Source: Calditrichia bacterium
Lineage (GTDB): Bacteria; Calditrichota; Calditrichia; JAJRVZ01
NCBI GenBank assembly: GCA_963796965.1
Contig: CAWCNS010000005.1
Span: 1,024,001 to 1,088,000 of the forward strand
Direction of reading: 5' to 3'
Length of the DNA stretch: 64,000 nt
Made by a program: the position numbers and the translations under genes
Notes under the pieces: generated by a model
Told to the model about the DNA's origin: nothing
Database searches by the model: none
What the model saw: the letters and a program-made list of their open reading frames with translations, nothing else
Part shown: piece after piece, positions 54,892 through 64,000 of the stretch
Position numbering within the stretch: the first letter of the stretch is position 1
Layout: every line of letters begins with the position of its first letter

Positions 54892-55901
54892 CTGAGGTCA
54901 ATTTGCTTTCCGGTGGATGCCGACTTATAAATTGCATCGAGAATTTGCATAATATAAACCCCATCCTCGACAGGGGTTACGGGAGCTTCTTCATCTTTAA
55001 TAACATTAATAAAATTGCGCATTTCATTTTCGAAGGAACGCTTGAAAATATCAACATTAGAGGCAAAATCAATGGGTGTCATGTTGACTAACTTTCCATG
55101 CAATTCTTTAAATAATCTGAGAGGATTCATAAATGCCCCCCCAGCCCGGCCAAATACATTTGTATAATTCATATCTTTCTCAAGATGCATTCTCCAGGAG
55201 ACTTCTACCGTAATAACTGTCCCATTTTCGGTCTCAATGGTAGCTAAAGCTGAATCTTCAACATCCCCTTCCATAAAAATGTTATAAGTGTAACCACGAA
55301 CATTTTTAACCTTTGGCTTGTCAATCAGCCAAAGTCCAAGATCAAGTAATTGAATACCCATATCCATCATTACCCCACCGCCAGAAATACGCAGTTCAGT
55401 CAACCAGTTCTGCAATTGGGGTCTGCTCCAATGTCTTAGCCACCCAGTCTTAATATAATAAGGCTCACCAATTTCATTCTTTTCCATAAAATCTTTTAGC
55501 ACCATTGCATCATCACGGAAACGATAATTCATTCCTACAACTAGCTTTGTATTGGTCTTCTGTGATTCTTCTGCCAAGCGTTTCGACTGTTCCAGATTTA
55601 ATGCGACAGGTTTCTCGACAAGAGTGGGAATATTTTTCTCCATTGAGGCTAGCGCCATAGGATAGTGAAAATTGTTTGGCGTACAAATAAAGATTCCATC
55701 TAGTTCTTCTCTCGCCAGTAAATTTTGATAATCAAAATAGGCCCGTGGGATATCATATTTATCTGCGATAAAACTAACTTTAGCTTCATCAATATCGCAA
55801 ATGGCGACGAGCTCAATATCTTCCATTTTTTTTAGAGTTGGTATGCGAACGATTTGGGAAATCCCACCAACTCCCGCAAGTGCAATTTTAATTTTACTCA
55901 T
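54888..55901 (-). CDS. Gfo/Idh/MocA oxidoreductase
   Basis: GVGGIS, ICTPNNFH, VEKPVA, SGGGVMMDMGIQ. Confidence 0.92.
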   Translation of the reverse strand: MSKIKIALAGVGGISQIVRIPTLKKMEDIELVAICDIDEAKVSFIADKYDIPRAYFDYQNLLAREELDGIFICTPNNFHYPMALASMEKNIPTLVEKPVALNLEQSKRLAEESQKTNTKLVVGMNYRFRDDAMVLKDFMEKNEIGEPYYIKTGWLRHWSRPQLQNWLTELRISGGGVMMDMGIQLLDLGLWLIDKPKVKNVRGYTYNIFMEGDVEDSALATIETENGTVITVEVSWRMHLEKDMNYTNVFGRAGGAFMNPLRLFKELHGKLVNMTPIDFASNVDIFKRSFENEMRNFINVIKDEEAPVTPVEDGVYIMQILDAIYKSASTGKQIDLS

Positions 55902-56269
55902 GATAAATTTCCTGCGTTTCTTGTACTTTATTTAACAACTATATATTTACGAACGGTTTTTTTAATTTATATAACCTCAAAGAGACAGCCGAATTGAGAT
56001 TTAGTCACAAAAGTAGTAAGCAATTAATAATTAAGATTTTGGCTTTCTTAAATGGTAGAATTAATAATATACTTTTAAATAAATAACTATATAAATTGAT
56101 GTCCATCCTCGGTGGATCAATTTCAACTAATATTATATAAGAAATTTAGAAATTTAAGGGTTTTAAATCAATCGTATTAATATTATAATCAAGATATAAG
56201 TCTAACATATTGTTAGAGTATTAATGAAGGAATATCGTCGTGAGCAGGTATAAAAGATTCGGGGTATTA

Positions 56270-56584
56270 TCACTCCTCTTCTGGTAGAGGCACCTTCAGG
56301 ACATCCTTTAAAAGTTTGCCTGCTTTAAAATGAGTTTTGCGTCTTGCGGGAACATAAATAATTTCACCTGACCTTGGGTTACGTGCTTTTGGTTTGGGTT
56401 TAGTTTTCTTAACCTCGAAAACACCAAAATCTCTGATCTCGATTCTGATCTCAGGATTTGCTTCAGAAAGAATTTCACGTAAAACAGTAAAGATGGCATC
56501 GACAAACTTTTCTGTCGTATATATTTTCTCATTCAATACTTTTGCTGTACGCTTCGCCACATCTTTCTTCGTAACTGTTCTCAT
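56270..56584 (-). CDS. HU/IHF-family DNA-binding protein (IHF-beta-like)
   Basis: RIEIRDFGVFEVK, ARNPRSGE, FKAGKLLK. Confidence 0.92.
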   Translation of the reverse strand: MRTVTKKDVAKRTAKVLNEKIYTTEKFVDAIFTVLREILSEANPEIRIEIRDFGVFEVKKTKPKPKARNPRSGEIIYVPARRKTHFKAGKLLKDVLKVPLPEEE

Positions 56585-56775
56585 CGAAAACTCCTATTAA
56601 TGTCAGGCAAAAAAAAGGCTTAAGATGTTAATTAATTTAAATCTAATGCATAAAGAAAATCAATGCAAGAAAAAAATAGCATTTATCTTCAATATCTATT
56701 GAAGTTACATATTGTTGATTGTGACTTCTATACTCGGACCAGGCCTCCCAAATCTTTAGAATATTTATAATGAAA

Positions 56776-59407
56776 TTAGATAGAAAGCATCTTTTTTAGT
56801 TCATTTAGTTTGATTAGGGCCTCCAGGGGGGTCATTTTATCCGGTTCAATATTCTTTAATTCCTTCTCAACGGGGGAAGGACCCACATTTGCAAACAAGG
56901 TAAGTTGTTCCTTGTCCACATCTCGTCCGGCATGACGTTGTGCCAATTTTGGTGTACTATTTGGAGATAGTTCATTAGCCTCAAGATTCACCAGAATCTC
57001 CCGGGCTCTCTCAATTACATTACGGGGCAGACCAGCCATCTGAGTCACATGGATTCCATAAGAATTATCTGTTCCCCCGGGTATAATTTTCCGTAAAAAA
57101 ATTATTTTATTTTCCCACTCCTCAACTGTCACATTGTAGTTCTTTATTCTTGGATACATAAGAGCTAATTCTGTTAATTCGTGATAATGTGTGGCAAAAA
57201 GTGTTTTGGCTTGAACAGAATCTTCATTATGAAGATATTCTGACACTGCCCAGGCAATGGAAAGACCATCAAACGTACTGGTTCCGCGACCGATTTCATC
57301 CAGCAAAACAAGACTTTTCTTACTGGCATTATTGAGAATATTCGCTGTTTCATTCATTTCAACCAGAAAAGTACTCTCACCTTTTGCAAGATTATCAGAG
57401 GCGCCAACACGGGTAAAGATACGGTCAACCAGCCCAACTTCGACCTCTTCCGCCGGCACATAACACCCTATCTGTGCCATAAAAACAATCAAGCCTACCT
57501 GGCGCAGAAAGGTTGACTTACCAGCCATATTAGGCCCAGTGATAATCCAGATTTGATCGTCCACAGGATTTAGATAGACATCATTGGGTACAAACTCTTC
57601 TCCTGGACGCATGTATTTTTCAACTACAGGATGTCGCCCTTTTTTTAAGGTTAGTACAGTGTCGTCACGCAATTTTGGTCTTGTATAGTGGTTATCGATA
57701 CTGATACTGGCAAAACTAGCAAATGCAATCCAGCAAACCAATTTCAAGACTATTCGCCTGAATTTTTTCCGTCTCAAGAGATATTTCTTCCCGGACTGTC
57801 TGAAACAACTCATATTCCAGACTATTCATCTTTTCTTCTGCGCCTAATATTTTTTCTTCAATTTCCTTCAAATCAGGTGTAATAAATCGTTCTGCATTGA
57901 CGAGAGTTTGCTTTCGGATATAATCTTCCGGTACCTTATCCAGATTAACTTTTGTTACCTCAATATAATAACCGAAAACTCTGTTGTAGTTAATTTTCAA
58001 GGTAGAGATTCCGGTTCTTTCTCGTTCTTTTTCTTGTTGAGAAATCAACCATTCTTTTCCATGATGGGCAATCTCGTAAAGTTCATCCAGTTCTTTTGAA
58101 TATTCCCTTTTAAATATACCACCATCAGACAAATTAATTGGTGGGTCATCAACAATCGCCTTCTCAATTAATGCCACTATCTCTTTTAGGGCATTTAATT
58201 TAGAGGAAATTGTATTCATTTTTGCCAGATTACTTTCCTCTAAAAGTATTTTAATCTCTGGTATTACACGTAATGCGTTTTTAAGATTTACTAAATCTCT
58301 GCCATTAGCCCTTCCGGTAGCAATCTTTCCAATCAAACGCTCCATATCCGGACAATTCGCTAATAGTTTTTTTAAATCTGATAAAACTTTTTCATTAAGA
58401 AAAAGTTCTTCAACCAGATCCAACCGTTCCGTAATCTTATCCCTAACCTGAAGGGGATGGTTTATCCATTTACGGAGCATTCTGCCACCCATAGGAGTCT
58501 GGGTTTCATCAATAACCTCTAATAGCGTTTTCCCATCTGTATTCTCCTGGATAGGATCTTTGATCTCTAAGTTTCTTCTTGTGGACTCATCAAGAATCAT
58601 GTAATCTGAAAGATTTATTACCTGGATTTTACGAATATGGTCAAGACTTGATTTATAATTTTCCTGCAAATAATTAATAATTGATGCCGCTGAGCTGATA
58701 GCCGAGGTCATTCTTTCAAGACCAAAACCCTTTAAGGAATGGGCTTGAAAATGATTCGTTAAGAGTTCATAGGCATAATCGGTATTAAACATCCAGTCAT
58801 CTCTGCGCGTCAAAATAACATCCAGGTGAGGTGATAGAAAATCTGATATTTCTTCAAACTGTCCTGCCGGTACCAGAACTTCTTTGGGATGAAATGCAAG
58901 TAATTGCTCGATTAGCTGGTCTGTTTGTATTTCCGCTGCATAAAATTCTCCTGTGGAAATATCAGAGAGAGCCAGACCAATTGCTTGATTTGAGAAAAAT
59001 AGAGCTGCAAGAAAATTATTAATTTTATGGTCAAGTAATTTATCAGATAAGGTTGCCCCGGGTGTAATAACCTCGATTACTTCCCTTTTTACAATACCTT
59101 TTGCCTGCCTGGGATCTTCAACTTGTTCGCAAATAGCTACCCGGTGACCAGCTTTTACAAGTTTATGTAGATAGGTGTCCAAAGCATGGTAGGGAAACCC
59201 TGCCAGGGGAACATCCGCACTCTTACCATGTGCACGTTTGGTTAAAGCTATTCCCAAAACCTTTGAAATAATTTGAGCATCTTCAAAAAATGTTTCATAA
59301 AAATCACCCATTCGATAGAGAAGAATTTTATCCCGATGCTCAGTTTTTATTTTGAGGTACTGCTCCATAAGAGGAGTAGAATTAGGTTTTAATTTTTTTT
59401 TGGACAT
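56776..59407 (-). CDS. mutS: DNA mismatch repair protein MutS (frameshift near 57720)
   Basis: TPLMEQY, YRMGDFYETF, ITGPNMAGKSTFLRQ, LLDEIGRGTSTFDG, FATHYHEL. Confidence 0.97.
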
Positions 59408-59567
59408 AGTTTAGTTATGGCTATTTATATTGTTTCGCACCACCGATATGATACCAAAATTAATTAGAGAAATATACAAAAGTTTGAAAAAATTTGGAGA
59501 ATTTTCAAACATTGGGGAAACGCGGTAAGATAAATGTGACCGACATAATTATATCAGAAAATCTTTA

Positions 59568-62500
59568 CTATAGTTTTAATGCCTGAATAGGAAGCGAGAA
59601 TCCGAATGTGCTTCCCTGATGCAATTCACTTTTCACCCAAACATCACCACTATGTAACTCCACGATTTCCCGACAGATGGCCAGACCAAGCCCGGTACCT
59701 TTGAGAGAGGCATCCTTCCCTGCTTCAGTCTGTTCATATTTGTTAAAAACTTTATTAAGTTCATCATCAGGAATCCCCACCCCAGTGTCTGTGACAGAAA
59801 TATCAGCGTGCATCTGCATATCTTTGGAGATATCACCTTTTGCTTTTTTTAGCTGCGTGCTGATTGTAATACTGCCTTCCGGTGGGGTAAATTTCAAAGC
59901 ATTACTGAGAAAGTTTCGTACAACCTGTTCGATCCTAAACTTATCGAAACTAAAAAGGGGTAAATTTTCATCAAGATCTTTAATCAACTTTATTTTTTTC
60001 TCATTCGCAAGTACCTGGTAATGATCCCAGAGGGTATCTATTAGGCCATTCATCGAATTAATAGATGGGTCGATTTGAAAATGCCCGGCCTCTAGTTTGG
60101 AGGCAGTTAAGAAATTATCAATCAGTTTCAAAACTTTAAATACATTCTCTTTTGCGATCGTCAACAATTCGGCCTGTTCTTCTGTAATTGTTCCCACGAC
60201 TTCCGTTCTGACAATATCCACATAACCCTGGATAATATTAAGTGGTGAACGAAGATCGTGTACAATCATCGAATTGAAATCGGATTTAAGTCTCTCGATT
60301 TTTTTCTGATTACGTAAATCTGCCAACACGCTAAAAAATCCGACTTTCTTACCATGTTGATAGAATGGAGACATATAAACCATAAATGGAATTTCTTCAC
60401 CATCTTCAGCCAGCAATTCTAATTCTACCCCTTCTGTATTATCACTTCCATCGTCTGCTGCCTTATCTTCCTTAAGAATATCATGAACAGCTTTGATGAG
60501 TTTGGGTCGTGAATTGGCCTCAGTAAAATCATGAAGTTTTTTTCCTATCATCAGATCTGGTGACTCATACTTGAGAAGCGTGGCAAGACTTTGATTGGTA
60601 TATATAATCTTGCGATCTGGCTCACAGGTAACCAACCCCATCGTCATGGTTTCAGCAAGCAGACGGTATTTAAGTTCCGAAGATTTTACACCTTCGATAA
60701 GATCATAATTTTCAATGATCACAGCTGCCTGATTTGCAAAATATTCCACAGAATTGATCCGCTCTAATGTTGGACGTTTTCGTTCCACAGGATCATTTAG
60801 TGAAAGAACACCGAGTAATTTGCCACGACTTTTGATCGGTACATAGATCCAGTCCTGATCATTCCACTCGCTTCCAATTTGTTCTTCAAAATTCTTTTTC
60901 TTATCAGATTCTTCATTTGAATATTTTTGTTTATGATCAAAGAAGAAACTATTGCCAAAGGGGAAAGATATATCAAGCTTTTTTGTAAAAGGAGGATATC
61001 CTTCTAAATCCAACAATTTCTTATATTCTTTATCATTGATTCCCAGGATCTGCATGTTGGTAAAAGCTTCCTCATACTGATCTTTTAGATCCAGGATCAC
61101 GACGTTCCAACCCAATGTTCGACGAATAGCCACACAGACTTTTTCTAAAAGTTTATCCAGGGTAAGATCTAAGGTTAACTCCGATCCAAGAGAGAAAATC
61201 CTGTTTAGTCTGTTTTACAGTCAGTTTTGCATTACGAAGGATCTGGTCTTCTTCAAGTGCTCCGGCACCTTGTTTGATTAATTTTTCACTTTCCTGAATT
61301 TCCCGATTACTGAACTTCTCTAGGAAGCTAACGCGTCCGATGACAAAAAACCCCTGGATAGTTTGAGCACCCATCAGGGGCATTATGATGACATTATTGA
61401 TATCAAGACTGTCTAACCCCGGTAATTTTTTTAACTGTTGGCCTGAAACACTTCTCTTAATATCCGTTAGCAATGTTTTCTTATTTTGGAGGACAGTATC
61501 GAAGACCTGAAAATCCTTTAACAATAAAACAGGCGGCTTCTCCTTTTCAAAAAGATTTTTTCTATCATCACCCTTGTAGCAATATTTTGGATATAAAAAC
61601 TTAAACCCTTCATGGTAATTAATATACAGTGTAATATCCGGTTGTAATTGGTTAATTAACAATTTTCCGAGGAGAGCGAGAATCTCATCTTCTGAAGGTT
61701 TTTCAAAGTAACTTTTGATTTCCGGCACTTTTTTTGTACCATCTCGCTGGAGACTGTAGATTCTTTTTACCTCTGTTAATCTTTGTGAGGCAGACTGAAA
61801 CAAAGCTGTGAGTAAGGCATCTTCCTCTGCATCAATTTCGATACCATCCGGCAACGCAAAGAGCATCACCCCTACGGCTTTACCTCTCATGGTCAAGATT
61901 AATTGATAGGCGCGGCTAAATTCCAGCCCCCATGTTTTGAATGTATTTACAATTTGTATATCATTAATAGGGCCATCTTTCAGATTCTCTGCATCTAAAT
62001 ATTTTTCCTGCCATATGGGATCCGTTCTTACCTTATCAGCATTGATAGGTTTCCGGTTAGAACTAGATAAATTAAAATAATCATAATCACCATGTTCAGA
62101 CGTCCTGACAGCAAGAATATGAAAATTTAAAGGATAGGCTTTGACAAAGAAATCATTTAGGATTTCGCATACATTTGTAATGCCACGGCTGAGCATTAAA
62201 CTGAGTGTCGATTTGCTGAGACTTCTGAAACGTTTAACCTTATCACTATTTGATCTTATCTGAGTGATATAGCGTTGGTGAAAATGAATGCGGGATTGAA
62301 TTTGTGTGACATCCTTCATATCAGGGATAAAATCGTCAATACCGTAATGTTGTGCTTCAACACGGTCGTAAAGATTTATATCACTCCCATTTCCTACAGC
62401 CAGGATAGATAAATTTTCTCCGACATCTGTATCTTTCAAACTACGTAAAGATTTTTTCGCCTTTAGTGATAGTTCATCACCCCAAATTAGAAAGTGTGGT

Positions 62501-62640
62501 TTTTCTTGCTTAGCAAGTTCCAATGTATACTCTATATTTGAGGAAGAAATCACTGAAAATCCAAGACTACTCAGTGATTGAGATAATCCTTTTAAAACGG
62601 ATGCATCCTGGTGAAAAACTAATATTTTTTCTGCTGCCAT
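59568..62640 (-). CDS. Cytoplasmic REC-like/GAF/PAS histidine kinase (frameshift near 61150-61220)
   Basis: Degenerate REC, GAF-like segments, PAS, IVHDLRSPL, NFLSNALKFT, GTGLGL. Confidence 0.8.
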
Positions 62641-63420
62641 TTAATTACCATTTGTGGAAAGATTACGTTTGTAGAGAAGATATATACCCTCTAAAATTAA
62701 ATTTTCGTCAACGATATCAATTGCTTGAGTTCTCTTTGCAATTGTGTGAGCAAGCCCCCCGGTAGCAACTACCTTTGGGCTTCCCCCAAGTTCAGATTTG
62801 ATTTTTTTAATCATACCCTGAATCAATTCAACTGATCCATACATTATACCACTTTGCATGCTCTCTTCTGTATTACTTCCGATAACATTTGGTGGAAAGA
62901 CCAGCTCAATCTTGGGAAGTTTTGCTGCCTTATGATGCAAAATTGAGGCGGCACTTTCGATACCAGGACAGATAACGCCTCCAAGATAATCACCATTATC
63001 GTTAATACAATCAAATGTTGTTGCCGTCCCAAAGTCGAGCACAATCAGGGGAACACCGTATTTCTTTTTACCGGCGACGGCATTGCAGATTCGATCTGCA
63101 CCCACAGCATATGGATCCTGATAAAGAATATCAAGACCCAAATTTAATTCCGGGCTTATATGCATTGGTTTGCATGAGAGATATTTTTCAACCATTTTAC
63201 GGTAAATTCGTGTTTCTTCAGGCACAACAGAAGAAATGCAAACCCCATTAATCATTTCAGAATTCATATTATTTAATTTGAGGAATGAATCGACAACAAC
63301 CCATATCTCATCCTCTGTTCTTGAGTATCGGCTTGAAATCCGCCAATGCTTCTTTAATGCGTCATTTTCATACAATCCTAAAACTGTATGTGTATTACCA
63401 ATATCAATCATTAAATCCAT
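62641..63420 (-). CDS. coaX: Type III pantothenate kinase
   Basis: IDIGNT, ISSVVP, VGADR, LDFGTATTFD, ATGG. Confidence 0.95.
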   Translation of the reverse strand: MDLMIDIGNTHTVLGLYENDALKKHWRISSRYSRTEDEIWVVVDSFLKLNNMNSEMINGVCISSVVPEETRIYRKMVEKYLSCKPMHISPELNLGLDILYQDPYAVGADRICNAVAGKKKYGVPLIVLDFGTATTFDCINDNGDYLGGVICPGIESAASILHHKAAKLPKIELVFPPNVIGSNTEESMQSGIMYGSVELIQGMIKKIKSELGGSPKVVATGGLAHTIAKRTQAIDIVDENLILEGIYLLYKRNLSTNGN

Positions 63421-63427
63421 TTAATGC

Positions 63428-64000
63428 CTAAATATATTTTATAGAACCCGATACCAGTTCCTTTTCAACGCCATTTTCAGAGCGGTAAATTAAGGCACCA
63501 TTATCATTAATATCAAGATATTGCCCTCTCTCAATGCCAGCATGGGTTTCAATTTCAATTTCCCTTCCCTCACAGGTACAGCGCTTTTTCCACTTTTCAA
63601 TAACCCCGGAATAATCAGTTCTTTCTATGTTGAAATATTTTTTTTCAAATTCATGAATAATCTCAGCGATTATAGATTCTCGCTCGAAATATTCATTCAC
63701 CTCATGAAGAAGTGATGTGGCAATCCCTCTTGTGTCCGTGCTTAATTCAGATAGATCCTGATTAATATTTAATCCGATCCCAACAATAACAAATACAACC
63801 TCTTTTTCTCTAAGGCTACTTTCAGTCAGGACACCGCCAATTTTTTTACCGTTTGCTAATATATCATTTGGCCATTTCACGGTAAATACGGGCTTAGTAT
63901 AGGATGTCCTATCTAAAACCTTTTCCAGACTTGATATCAAAATATCCGCCGTAGCCAGGGTAATTTTTAATACCTTATCAATTCGGAGGCGTGGCCTCAA
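63428..64000 (-). CDS. birA: Biotin-[acetyl-CoA-carboxylase] ligase (5' end outside the window)
   Basis: KWPNDILANGKKIGGVLTE, VGIGLNIN, ATSL, INDNGAL. Confidence 0.93.
   Translation of the reverse strand: MRPRLRIDKVLKITLATADILISSLEKVLDRTSYTKPVFTVKWPNDILANGKKIGGVLTESSLREKEVVFVIVGIGLNINQDLSELSTDTRGIATSLLHEVNEYFERESIIAEIIHEFEKKYFNIERTDYSGVIEKWKKRCTCEGREIEIETHAGIERGQYLDINDNGALIYRSENGVEKELVSGSIKYI

Noticed and set aside
55905..56265. AT-rich spacer as replication origin or ncRNA
   Set aside because: No DnaA-box cluster or recognisable RNA motif; most simply a promoter region

Overview
Bacterial DNA with almost all genes on the minus strand. Gene content is consistent with a diderm FCB-group-like organism (Calditrichota/KSB1-like is an unverified guess). 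Single-base frameshifts split many genes, including housekeeping ones (gcvPB, bamD, lnt, mutS), which suggests an unpolished assembly; split ORFs are joined here. tRNA-Lys(UUU) at 37713-37785 divides the window. The right half is core genome: gcvH/gcvPA/gcvPB, accB/accC, nadD, bamD, lnt, HU/IHF, mutS, coaX and birA, with response-regulator, GGDEF and kinase genes interleaved. The left half (1-37.6 kb) is an accessory region built around two MalT-like STAND-ATPase/LuxR regulators. One has an N-terminal receiver domain and sits directly downstream of a very large SBP/multi-PAS HisKA_3 kinase. The region also holds two paralogous ~90-aa ACT-like proteins, many exported or outer-membrane cargo genes (DUF1254/DUF1214, sulfatase, SphA-like, DUF2490, DUF3943, Omp85-like), a four-helix-bundle gene and an IS6-like element. 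Main new observations: (i) a promoter/operator motif in four copies, always oriented toward the downstream gene, with helically phased TACAACT boxes, GGGTCT and a TAnnnT hexamer 21-22 nt later, defining a candidate regulon; (ii) cargo genes bracketed by matched pairs of direct, hairpin-forming repeats, plus a chimeric sulfatase/DUF1214 relic, suggesting repeat-mediated cassette shuffling without an integrase; (iii) a non-coding 23-bp-period tandem array beside the tRNA.
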